Position numbers and translations under genes: made by a program. Positions 1 to 8,533 of a stretch of DNA of 46,927 bases are shown here, piece by piece. The stretch lies in contig BTWA01000044.1 in the NCBI GenBank assembly GCA_045863295.1, forward strand, positions 1-46,927, in the 5' to 3' direction. Source of the stretch: Candidatus Hydrogenedentota bacterium. GTDB lineage: Bacteria; Hydrogenedentota; Hydrogenedentia; Hydrogenedentales; SLHB01. Position 1 is the stretch's first letter. Each line of letters starts with the position of its first letter. Below the pieces are notes generated by a model that had not been told where the DNA came from, did not search any database, and was given only the letters and a program-made list of their open reading frames with translations.

Positions 1-1
1 C

Positions 2-781
2 TTGGATGCCGAGATCGAAAGCATACGTAAGCTGGGCGTAGACTTCCGCTATGGCATCACCGTCAACGGTGAACTCGAATCGATTCGCACAGAATTCGAC
101 GCGGTCATTCTTGCCTGCAACGGCGTCGGCAAACCAGGCGGAAACATCTTCGAAGCCAAGGAACACAAACTGAATGTGCGCGCGGTGGGCAACGGCAAAA
201 CCGCCGCCGTGTGGGTCGACAAATACCTCAAGAGCATCGAAGGCCCCGCCGAACCCGACTTGTTCGAGTGCAAGATCGGCAAGATGAATCGCGACGAGAT
301 GGAAAATCTCCGCGAATACAATGAAAACAAGGAATCGATGCCGGTCGCGGTGATAGCCGGACCGCGAGAAGAATTGAGAACAGAAGCAGGCCGCTGCCTG
401 CATTGCGATTGCCGGAAACGCGTCTCGTGCGGACTGCGTAAATGGGCCTCGGAATACGGCGCCGAAAAAAAGAAATACTTCACCACCGAAGAACGCGATT
501 TCCGTATTATCGGCCGCGGCAATATCGTATTCGAACCGGGCAAATGCATTCGGTGCGGCCTCTGTGTGGCCATCGCGGAGAAGCACGGAGAAGACATCGG
601 CCTCGCCTTCAGCGGGCGTGGATTCGACCTGGAAATCCGTGTGCCGTTCGATCACAGCTTCGACGAGGCATTGACGAATTCAGCGCATGAGTGCGTCGAG
701 GCATGCCCCACGGCGGCAATAGCCTTCCGTAACAAGGAAGATGTCGAAGCGTGTCACACGACTACGTGGATTGAGCTGTAA
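2..781 (+). CDS. FAD-dependent oxidoreductase with C-terminal Fe-S domains (5'-truncated by window edge)
   Basis: GltD-like 'EIESIRKLGVDFR...FDAVILA' segment, then EAGRCLHCDC..C.LR, KCIRCGLCV, GRGF and CVEACPTAAI (ferredoxin-type, NuoG/hydrogenase-like Fe-S motifs). ORF is open at the window start. Confidence 0.75.
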   Translation: MDAEIESIRKLGVDFRYGITVNGELESIRTEFDAVILACNGVGKPGGNIFEAKEHKLNVRAVGNGKTAAVWVDKYLKSIEGPAEPDLFECKIGKMNRDEMENLREYNENKESMPVAVIAGPREELRTEAGRCLHCDCRKRVSCGLRKWASEYGAEKKKYFTTEERDFRIIGRGNIVFEPGKCIRCGLCVAIAEKHGEDIGLAFSGRGFDLEIRVPFDHSFDEALTNSAHECVEACPTAAIAFRNKEDVEACHTTTWIEL

Positions 782-787
782 CCCCGG

Positions 788-1477
788 TCAGATTAGTTCA
801 AGTGTGTACGCTATCGTGAAGTAGAATCCCACAACGAGAAACGCCGTGCCCGTGGCTTTACGGCCCCAACGATCAAGGGCTCCGATGCCCGAATAGAATC
901 TCGCCAGCCGTTGCGCGGCAAACGCAACAATCAGGCTAATCGCAATCACCGGAAACGCGACCCCCACCGCATAAAGCACCGGCAGCAAAACGCTGGATTC
1001 GCGCGCGATCGCCAACGGAATCAGGCTGCCAAAGAACAAAGCGGCTGTTGTTGGGCAAAACGACATGCCGAAGACCACCCCCAACAAGGCCGCGACCCAG
1101 TATCCACCGGATTGCGCATGCCGGTTGGCCCACCCCTTCAACTTGCCGCTGCCGATCTGCACATTCCAAAGCTCAAGCAGAAACATGGCGCAAACAACCA
1201 TCAACGGCCCAAGCAATCGAAACATGTATTTCTGAAGCCAAAATGAAGCGTCGGTCATGGAGAGCAAACTCTCAACGAGCAACGATGCAAGCAGCACAAA
1301 CGAGATCGCCTGCCCGGCAATGTAGAAAACGCACGAAAGTAAAACGAATCTCAGATCCGTCACTTTGCGCGCTAGAAACGAAATGGCCGTGACATTCGTC
1401 GCGAGAAGGCAGGGGCTAATCGAGGTCAGAATTCCAAGCCAAAATGCGGCAACGGGCGGCCAAATGGCATCGGTCAC
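788..1477 (-). CDS. arsG: ArsG-family / CcdA-like membrane protein (putative aromatic arsenical efflux permease)
   Basis: About 6 hydrophobic helices, with LGILTSISPCLLATN and SFCPTTAALFFGSLIPLA motifs. Start placed at GTG 1477, which overlaps the upstream TGA (GTGA). Confidence 0.75.
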   Translation of the reverse strand: MTDAIWPPVAAFWLGILTSISPCLLATNVTAISFLARKVTDLRFVLLSCVFYIAGQAISFVLLASLLVESLLSMTDASFWLQKYMFRLLGPLMVVCAMFLLELWNVQIGSGKLKGWANRHAQSGGYWVAALLGVVFGMSFCPTTAALFFGSLIPLAIARESSVLLPVLYAVGVAFPVIAISLIVAFAAQRLARFYSGIGALDRWGRKATGTAFLVVGFYFTIAYTLELI

Positions 1478-1968
1478 GGCAACACATCCAGTTTCTTGCG
1501 GATCGCGGCTCGCATGTACTCGACAAATCGTTCCTTGTCGTACACGTAATCCCAGACGCGATCGAGATTCTCCCACTGAATGGGCTGACTATCCATCACT
1601 TGCTCCAGAACAATCGACTTGGTAAATAAACCGTACTGGTCGATGTAATGTTCATTCGCGGGATTGTCCACATCGATTTCGCGCCACACAATCACGCCCG
1701 ATTTGAGTTCGGCCGCAAAATGAGTCTCCAAAGTCTCCCGCGCGTACTGCGGAATATGCTCGCAAGTAATGCATTCCTTGCCTTGGGAAAAGTAGTACAC
1801 GATGAGCCGCGTCGACGGGCCAACAGCCACATCGACATCGGCATCCGCCCCCACAGAACGTTGCCGCCATTCGGTTGCCGTCATGTAAATCAGACTGCCG
1901 ATGGCAAACAGCAACAATCCATATCGGGCAGTTTGCGTTGCAATGGCCGAATTAGGAATTGGGAACAT
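1474..1968 (-). CDS. arsF: ArsF-family thioredoxin-like protein with N-terminal membrane anchor
   Basis: N-terminal TM helix, VYYF..ECITC CxxC, 'IDVDNPANEH' and 'WENLDRVWD' pattern. Lies between arsE-like and arsG-like genes. Confidence 0.7.
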   Translation of the reverse strand: MFPIPNSAIATQTARYGLLLFAIGSLIYMTATEWRQRSVGADADVDVAVGPSTRLIVYYFSQGKECITCEHIPQYARETLETHFAAELKSGVIVWREIDVDNPANEHYIDQYGLFTKSIVLEQVMDSQPIQWENLDRVWDYVYDKERFVEYMRAAIRKKLDVLP

Positions 1969-2015
1969 GACGTTTACCTGACTCGCGTGGGAACACCCAA
2001 TCCGGGTTTCGCGTC

Positions 2016-2249
2016 CTATCGGATGATGTCCTTGAGTTCATTCACCGACGGAATACGGCCGACGACCCGTACCTCGCCGTCAACTACCAGCGCCGGCGTC
2101 GTGGGCACTCCGTAAGCCAATATCCGATCAATTTCCATAACCTTTTCCAACTCGAACTCTATGCCCAAATCCCGCGCCGCAAAATCAGCCATGGCCGCGA
2201 GGCGGTGGCATGTCGGACATCCCGTTCCTAGTACTTGCAGCTTCTTCAA
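2016..2249 (-). CDS. arsE: MTH895/ArsE-family small thioredoxin-like protein
   Basis: KKLQVLGTGCPTC...YGVPTTPALVVDGEV..GRIP is the classic MTH895/Thioredoxin_3 pattern. Start placed at TTG 2249 (77 aa). Confidence 0.8.
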   Translation of the reverse strand: MKKLQVLGTGCPTCHRLAAMADFAARDLGIEFELEKVMEIDRILAYGVPTTPALVVDGEVRVVGRIPSVNELKDIIR

Positions 2250-2309
2250 CGCATTGGCTCCCGGCTTCGGTAACGAGCAATAGAGTACACCCGTTGCGAA
2301 ACCCTTCAA

Positions 2310-2351
2310 ATTCATAACAGCCAATGAATCCATTATAGTCCATGCATATGG
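2310..2351. promoter_or_regulatory. Candidate operator palindromes in the divergent arsE / HTH intergenic region
   Basis: ATTCAT-N8-ATGAAT at 2310-2329 and CCAT-N4-ATGG at 2340-2351, in an AT-richer spacer between divergent genes. Confidence 0.35.
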
Positions 2352-2388
2352 TAAGATACCCCAAGCTGGTTAACAAGGAGTGGGAAAC

Positions 2389-2655
2389 ATGGATCCCGAT
2401 ATTCTCACCGTCGGCGAGGCCGCAAGCCTGTTGCGCATGGAACCCGCCAAAGTCGTTGAATTGCTCATGGCGGGCGAATTGCCGGGCCGAAATACCGGGA
2501 ACGAATGGTTGACCACAAGACGAGCCATCCTCGGCTTTGTCGATGGTCTGTCCATGCAATCCGGTTGCTGCGGACCCGGCATGTGTTGCCCTCCCGCCAT
2601 GGATATGGCAACCTCTGGCGCTCCACAACGCGCATCCGGCCGTGCAACGTCATGA
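2389..2655 (+). CDS. Excisionase/MerR-like (HTH_17) DNA-binding protein with C-terminal CC-x4-CC tail
   Basis: ILTVGEAASLLRM....V.ELL..GELPGRNTGNEWL fits HTH_17; tail is SGCCGPGMCCPP. AAGGAG RBS at 2375-2380 lies 8 nt before ATG 2389. Confidence 0.8.
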   Translation: MDPDILTVGEAASLLRMEPAKVVELLMAGELPGRNTGNEWLTTRRAILGFVDGLSMQSGCCGPGMCCPPAMDMATSGAPQRASGRATS

Positions 2656-2739
2656 CGACGGAAAGCCTCGAAAAAACGTGCGGGACGCTCCGCTCAGGCG
2701 CTTCGACTTTCAGAAAATGGGTTCAGTAACGCATTACCT

Positions 2740-4017
2740 ATGAGCAGGAAGAAATCGAATAGCCTCGCCGCTCCGGCAATGGCCGTAGTGCTGATTGTGC
2801 TCGCTGCGCTTGCGGCGGATTACTGGCTCATTGAAGAACAAGTGGAGCCAATTACACAATCCGAACCCGTGCCGACAACCGATATGCCGCCTCTACTGCC
2901 GGAGGTGCCTGCGGAGTCAGGCGGCGCTACCCTTTGGTCCACCTACCACGGAAGCACAAGCCTCTCCGGCGTGGTCTCGACTCCCATTTCAGATGCTCCT
3001 GCCGTACGGTGGCAGGTACTCGTTGAAGGACCTGTATTCCAAGCACCGGTCGCGGACGAGAACGGCATATATGTCGTGTCACGAAGCGGTGTCGTGACTG
3101 CGCTCGACTATGAAGGCAACGAACAATGGACCCGGCAGTTGGTACGCAAGGACAGCACCGAACCCGAGCGAATTGACGCGCCCATGGCATGCTTCGAGTC
3201 AACGCTCTTTGCAGGCTCCATTTCGGGGATTGTCCATGCAATCAATACAGCGTCCGGTGAGGTCATGTGGACGTATGACGTGGGCGGTGATATTCTGGGT
3301 ACAGTCAACTTTCAACCCCCCGTGGAGAACGAACCGGCCCGGCTCTATGTCATTGAACGAAGCGAGGGCGTGCTGCACTGCATCCGCTTCGACGGCAGCG
3401 GACTCCTTTGGAAAACTGACCCGATAGCGCGATGCGACGGTTCCGCAGCTGTTGCTGGCGGAATCGTAGCGTTTGGCAGTTGCGCATCTGCCTTCCATGC
3501 GTATGCAGCCCTGGACGGACGAAAACTGGCATACATCGAGTTGGGTGAAGACGCTCAAGTGGCCGGGGGGCTCGCACTCGTCGGTGCCAATATGTTCGGC
3601 GGTTGCCGCAACGGTCAAGTGTTTCGGGCCGATATCGAAACTGGAAAAGTCGTGTGGAGCACACCAATCACTGGAAAAGAGGCCTTCACCACCCCGGCCG
3701 TCGGCGAAGAATTGGTCGTTTATGGCTCAGAGGACGGGCTGATTCATGCCGTCGAGAAGGCATCAGGACAGCCAAAGTGGAAGTTTGAGACAAAAGGCGT
3801 ACCCAGTTCGGCCGTGCTAGCGGGAGACAAGGTCCTTGCTGGATCTTCGGGTGTCCTATATCTCCTGAAACTGGATTCCGGGGAAATAATATGGGATTAT
3901 GAGGTAAGTGATCAGATTTCTCCGCCTTCCCTGGTAGGCGACATGATCGTGGTTGGTAGCGAAGACGGTACCATTGTGGCCTTCAATGCCGCGCCACAGG
4001 AAGACGGCAAGGCGTGA
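2740..4017 (+). CDS. PQQ-binding-like beta-propeller repeat protein (BamB-like), membrane anchored
   Basis: N-terminal TM segment, WSTYHG, and repeated 'A.D..G...W' / 'GS.DG...A' Trp-docking blades. Confidence 0.85.
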   Translation: MSRKKSNSLAAPAMAVVLIVLAALAADYWLIEEQVEPITQSEPVPTTDMPPLLPEVPAESGGATLWSTYHGSTSLSGVVSTPISDAPAVRWQVLVEGPVFQAPVADENGIYVVSRSGVVTALDYEGNEQWTRQLVRKDSTEPERIDAPMACFESTLFAGSISGIVHAINTASGEVMWTYDVGGDILGTVNFQPPVENEPARLYVIERSEGVLHCIRFDGSGLLWKTDPIARCDGSAAVAGGIVAFGSCASAFHAYAALDGRKLAYIELGEDAQVAGGLALVGANMFGGCRNGQVFRADIETGKVVWSTPITGKEAFTTPAVGEELVVYGSEDGLIHAVEKASGQPKWKFETKGVPSSAVLAGDKVLAGSSGVLYLLKLDSGEIIWDYEVSDQISPPSLVGDMIVVGSEDGTIVAFNAAPQEDGKA

Positions 4018-4484
4018 ACTCCATGATCAAAACGGTGATTCGGCACAGCTGCGGCCATGAAGCAACCCACGCCGTTCCAGAAGAAGGGTCCTCCCGGAAA
4101 CGCAGGGAAGAATGGCTGAGGGAGAGACCCTGCCAAATCTGCTGGCGGGTACGCCAGACGGAAGAAGCCGCAGCAATGCGCTCGAATTCAAATCTTCCTG
4201 AATTAACAGGTAACGCTGATGATACTGCGTGGGCGGAAGTCCTGAGAATGAAAGCCTTCGCTCACAACCAGGAATACCACCGGAAACTGGTTGCAAGCAA
4301 AGGGCTTCGCCAAGACGACGAGACCATGTGGCGTGTCATCGTGGATGCCGCCAATCAGGCAATGCGTGAACTGGAAACGGAGTGCAGGGCGGCATGGTGG
4401 ATCGAACATCGCTTCGATTCGTTGAATTTTGTAAAAACACGGGTGGTCGCGGCAATGACGCCCGTATATGAATCGCGGAAGTAA
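4014..4484 (+). CDS. Hypothetical protein with putative Zn site
   Basis: HSCGH...CQIC, LPELTG....AWAE and AAWWIEHR motifs. GTG start overlaps the upstream TGA. Confidence 0.65.
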   Translation: MNSMIKTVIRHSCGHEATHAVPEEGSSRKRREEWLRERPCQICWRVRQTEEAAAMRSNSNLPELTGNADDTAWAEVLRMKAFAHNQEYHRKLVASKGLRQDDETMWRVIVDAANQAMRELETECRAAWWIEHRFDSLNFVKTRVVAAMTPVYESRK

Positions 4485-4569
4485 CTTGCCCAGGAAAGTC
4501 CGGCCTCCTGTCGGAGCAAGGTGCAAGTTCGGCTGTCGGATGCACGGCAATATAAACGGAGGTCCGGTT

Positions 4570-5550
4570 GTGAAAAAGAAAGGCTTTACCCTCATCGAAC
4601 TGCTGGTCGTCATCGCGATCATCGGTATTCTGGCGGCAATCCTGTTGCCGGCACTGGCGCGCGCGAGAGAAGCGGCACGAAGGGCCAGTTGCGCAAATAA
4701 CCTGAAACAGATGGGGCTCGTGCTGAAAATGTACTCCGGCGAGTCCGGCGGCCTTTTCCCTCGAATTCACGGTGACCAACCCTGGGGAGCGGCTCTGCCC
4801 GCCGGTTGTGTGGATGGCGGCGTGCGCGCGAGCCTCGCTCCGCAAGTTTCCGCGATTTATCCGGAATACCTCACGGATTTCAACGTATTGCTGTGCCCGT
4901 CCGATCTCGAAGCCGGCGATGACAATCCGCTGCAGATCGTCCAAAGCGCCCCAAGCCAGACGTGCCAATACGCGGGCCTTGCCTCCAAACCCGACGCCAG
5001 CTACCTGTATTACGGATTCATGATCGATAAAACTTCGGACTCGGATCCAACGCTGGACGTCGGCGCTCTCGGCTTCCCACCGGCCGTCATCTCCGCTCAA
5101 TTGGGATACTTGCTGGGAATGATGTCGAACTTGCCCCCGTTCTTCACGGGAGCGCTCGGCGATCTGAATCCTGCCAACGATACGGCCCTCGACGGCTCGC
5201 TGAACAACGCCACCCTGCACGGCACCTTCTCGTTCCTGGCCACGCCCGCAGGGCAACCCATCGGCAACGGCTCCGACACACGCATTCAGCGCTTAAAAGA
5301 AGGCATCGAACGGTTCCTCATTACCAACATCAATGCGGCGGCGTCCGGCTCCAAGGCCCAATCTACCGTGCCCGTGATGTGGGATGTGGTTACGACAAAA
5401 ACTTCGGGAAGCGCCCAATACAATCACATCCCCGGTGGCTCGAACGTGCTCTACATGGACGGACACGTTATGTTCAACCGGTATCCAAACACGTTTCCGG
5501 CCACCAAAACTTTCGCGTCGCTGGTAGCGCTGTTTGATCTCGGAGCGTAA
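4570..5550 (+). CDS. DUF1559 prepilin-type N-terminal cleavage/methylation domain protein
   Basis: [50 protein letters not shown], and C-terminal [16 protein letters not shown] (H-X9-DG). GGAGG RBS precedes GTG 4570. Confidence 0.9.
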   Translation: MKKKGFTLIELLVVIAIIGILAAILLPALARAREAARRASCANNLKQMGLVLKMYSGESGGLFPRIHGDQPWGAALPAGCVDGGVRASLAPQVSAIYPEYLTDFNVLLCPSDLEAGDDNPLQIVQSAPSQTCQYAGLASKPDASYLYYGFMIDKTSDSDPTLDVGALGFPPAVISAQLGYLLGMMSNLPPFFTGALGDLNPANDTALDGSLNNATLHGTFSFLATPAGQPIGNGSDTRIQRLKEGIERFLITNINAAASGSKAQSTVPVMWDVVTTKTSGSAQYNHIPGGSNVLYMDGHVMFNRYPNTFPATKTFASLVALFDLGA

Positions 5551-5810
5551 CGCGGCGATCGAACTCAATGAAGCGCCGCCACGAAGGATGACTGCAGAAG
5601 CTGCATCCTGCCGAACTTGACGGTGAGAAGGTCAATTCGCTTGATCTAAAATGCCTCATTGTCAGCACAGGCGGGAGGTATAAGGAACTCGTGTACGAAA
5701 CGATGGCGGGTGATGTCCGATAGGAACCACCGCACAATCCATTTGCCGCGACATCTATCGAAATATGGACGACGTGATAGCCGCCGGTTGACTGAATGGG
5801 AGTCGTCACC

Positions 5811-6902
5811 ATGAAAATTGTCTTGGCCGGTGGATTTCTAGGAGCGGGAAAAACCACACTCCTTATGGAAGCCGCTGCTCGCCTGAGACAGCGCGGCATC
5901 CCCGCCGGATTAATCACCAACGATCAGGTGCCGGACTTGGTAGATACCGCACTGCTGGCTCAATCCGGCGCGCCCGTGCGCGAAGTGGCCGGGAGTTGTT
6001 TCTGCTGCAACTTCGCAGCCTTTCAACAGGCCGTGAAATCACTCGAGGACGATGGCGCGCAGTGCGTCGTAGCAGAGCCCGTCGGCAGTTGCACGGACTT
6101 GACCGCGACCATTATCCAACCCATGAAAAAGTTGTTCTCCTCCTGGTCGCTGGCGCCCCTCAGTGTCGTCGCCGATCCCGAACGCGTGCGCGGAATTCTG
6201 CGAGATAGACAATCCCCTCTTCACCCGGATGCTGCCTACATACTGCGGTTGCAGCTTCAGGAAGCAGACCGAATCGTATTGAACAAGGCGGACACGTTGT
6301 CGCGTCCGGATCGACAGGAACTCACGGCGATGTTGGCCCGCGAATTCCCGCAAGCCCGGATCGACGTTGTGTCGGCGTGGACCGGCGAAGGCGTGGACGA
6401 ATGGCTCGATCACATCCTGAACGAAGGGAATGCCGGCTCACACATTGCCCCCGTGGACTACGACCGGTACGCAAATGGCGAAGCTGTTCTCGGTTGGTTG
6501 AACGCCTTGGTGAACCTGCGCTGGGTCGATGGGCTGGAAGCAAGGTGGGAAGATTTCGCCGCCGGGCTTTTCTCCGCAATGCAGCACGAGTTGCAGGCAA
6601 CCAACAGCGAGATCGGTCACATGAAAATCTGGATCGACAATACCGGCGGCACGCTGGCCGCAAATCTGACCGGATTGAACAACGCCGTAACCGTCAGAAC
6701 GACAGGCAGCCTGGAACGCCTTACGGCAACGATGATCGTCAACGCGAGAGCACAAATCGCTCCCGAAGGCATCGAAAAAACATTCCGCCACGCACTGACC
6801 ACAGCCGCCTATTCACGCGTTGCGGCTACCATACAGGCGCTGCATTGCATCCGCCCAGGACGTCCAGTCCCCACCCACCGATACGAATCCGCCATTCAGT
6901 AA
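5811..6902 (+). CDS. COG0523 / CobW-like G3E metallochaperone GTPase
   Basis: Walker A GGFLGAGKTT, CxCC motif GSCFCC, AEPVGS and NKAD. GGGAG lies upstream of ATG 5811. Confidence 0.85.
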   Translation: MKIVLAGGFLGAGKTTLLMEAAARLRQRGIPAGLITNDQVPDLVDTALLAQSGAPVREVAGSCFCCNFAAFQQAVKSLEDDGAQCVVAEPVGSCTDLTATIIQPMKKLFSSWSLAPLSVVADPERVRGILRDRQSPLHPDAAYILRLQLQEADRIVLNKADTLSRPDRQELTAMLAREFPQARIDVVSAWTGEGVDEWLDHILNEGNAGSHIAPVDYDRYANGEAVLGWLNALVNLRWVDGLEARWEDFAAGLFSAMQHELQATNSEIGHMKIWIDNTGGTLAANLTGLNNAVTVRTTGSLERLTATMIVNARAQIAPEGIEKTFRHALTTAAYSRVAATIQALHCIRPGRPVPTHRYESAIQ

Positions 6903-6981
6903 GCAGGTTCGGCGCATCGTCATTCATGGCACAGGAAAAAGGCTGCAACATAGCTCGGCGGGGAATGGACCGCGGTACTAC

Positions 6982-7180
6982 CCCGGATATTTCACGACTT
7001 TGTCCAATTAACTGTGTAACAACAGTTCCACCGCACCATTGTCGAATGCGATGCAAGTACAGTGTGCATGTGAAATATCCTCAGCTTTTCCAACTCAGAC
7101 TATTCTGCGTGAGCATTTTGCACCACGGAGACTGTACTTCAGTCTTCCTCGCACGCTATAAGCGTGGTGCAAAACGTGGA
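6982..7180 (+). repeat. Dispersed palindromic element, copy 1 (module A 6982-7099, CTAT, module B 7104-7180), MITE/REP-like
   Basis: Aligns without gaps to 13722-13920 (reverse strand) and 46759-46876. Contains inverted arms GGATATTTCAC...GTGAAATATCC and TTTTGCACCACG...CGTGGTGCAAAA. Confidence 0.9.
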
Positions 7181-7181
7181 A

Positions 7182-8210
7182 CTACCGGCCAAGCACGCGC
7201 TTCACGGCACGCAAGGGCATGTGCAATGGCGAGGCGTACGCCGTGCGATACACCCAATTCAAAGTGTGATGCTTTATCCATGCGCCGGTCGGACAATCGT
7301 TGCAGTTTGTATCCGCATATCCAAGGGCGGTCAGCGCATCCCCCATGGCGAGGTTGAGCAACCTCCGCTCGTCCGCATTCACGGCATCGCGCCAGGCAAA
7401 CACCCGCGATGGATCGAGCTGTTCCAGCGCCTTGCCCTTCCATTCCAATTCCCACGCGGGCACCGTTTTCGCGCTTGCGGCTTCCACAAGCATGGAGGGT
7501 TCAAACACTTCGCCAATAAATTCGGTCACCCGTTCCAATTCCTCTTCGGGATTCTGAAGCAACTGCTCGAAGTGAACCCGCATGAATCGCTCTGGATACG
7601 CCCGCTCCAACGCAAGCGTAATGCGCGCAATCTGACGCCATCGCGTGGCATGCAACCGCGTGTCGTTGTGGGCCCACCGGGCCTTGATAAGCGATAACAC
7701 GGCATCCCGTCCGTCTCGAACCATGCAAAGAATGCGTGCATGGGGATATGCTTTCAGAATGCGCCGCACATGAAACACATGAAAGGGACTCTTCTCCGCC
7801 ACGCGAGGCTTGCCGCAGCGTTCCGCATACGCCTTGAGGATGGCCTCCACCGCGTCTTCGTACGCCTTCGTGCCGGAAATCGAATGGCAATGGACATCCG
7901 TCACGGTCAAACCCAAGTCACGCGCGCGCTCCGTGTCAAGTATGGCGCGCACAAGGGATTCCGGATTCGCATAGTGCTGTTTCCAGATGAACTCATTGCA
8001 CGGATAGAATACGTGCGTCTCGGGCGTCGCGGCTATACGCGAATGACGATCCAGCAACGTCGCCATAAGCGTGGTGCCCGATCGCTCGTTGCCTACGATA
8101 AATACCGGCCGGAACAAATGCGGTATCCCTTTGCGCGTCCTTGTGTTGCGAGTCGCCGAAGAAACCGTTTCCGCAACAGTGGTCTCTCCCGTGGGATCGG
8201 CTGTATTCAT
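7182..8210 (-). CDS. Sulfotransferase family protein (Sulfotransfer_3)
   Basis: 5'-PSB loop PVFIVGNERSGTTL, PETH, EKSP and 3'-PB motif VRDGRD. Start placed at ATG 8210 (alternative GTG 8219). Confidence 0.85.
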   Translation of the reverse strand: MNTADPTGETTVAETVSSATRNTRTRKGIPHLFRPVFIVGNERSGTTLMATLLDRHSRIAATPETHVFYPCNEFIWKQHYANPESLVRAILDTERARDLGLTVTDVHCHSISGTKAYEDAVEAILKAYAERCGKPRVAEKSPFHVFHVRRILKAYPHARILCMVRDGRDAVLSLIKARWAHNDTRLHATRWRQIARITLALERAYPERFMRVHFEQLLQNPEEELERVTEFIGEVFEPSMLVEAASAKTVPAWELEWKGKALEQLDPSRVFAWRDAVNADERRLLNLAMGDALTALGYADTNCNDCPTGAWIKHHTLNWVYRTAYASPLHMPLRAVKRVLGR

Positions 8211-8533
8211 TAAATGCACCTCGTGGCAGCGGAATGGCCGCTGTGTTCCGCGAGGCTACGCCGCGATTGTTATCGTTTTCTTTCGCCTTCATAAAAAATT
8301 GGTTAGATTATTGTTTGAATGACGCCCGACACTCTTGCGCACCCGTACCCGCCATGACCGCACGCCCGGGTCATCCGGCGGAAAACCGTTGCACCCCCTG
8401 TATTTGGATCTGGGTTGCTCCCAGCTTCCATCCCCCATACGCGAATTTGCACCGGTTGCCATCTAGGTATAGGGTAGAAGCGCGCCAGGGTCTTACGGGT
8501 GGGGAATTAAATTTTTCATGAGGGCCAACCGAA

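Noticed and set aside
2389..2655. Excisionase-like HTH as a marker of a prophage or ICE
   Set aside because: No integrase, att-like repeat, tRNA or phage gene nearby; the context fits a regulator better.
4624..4710. Nucleotide similarity between about 4624-4710 and about 36757-36843
   Set aside because: Explained by the conserved DUF1559 protein motif in two paralogs, not by a DNA repeat element.
5568..5723. ATG...TGA...open frame (MKRRHEG*LQKLHPAE...) as a possible selenoprotein
   Set aside because: No redox motif context, no evident SECIS hairpin after the TGA and no RBS.
6982..7180. Repeat interpreted as a CRISPR array or integron attC site
   Set aside because: Copies are kilobases apart with no repeat-spacer periodicity, there is no cas or intI gene, and there are no paired RYYYAAC...GTTRRRY ends.
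6377..7357. 326-aa plus-strand ORF running through copy 1 of the repeat
   Set aside because: Arg-rich shadow frame overlapping the GTPase and the sulfotransferase, with no recognisable domain.
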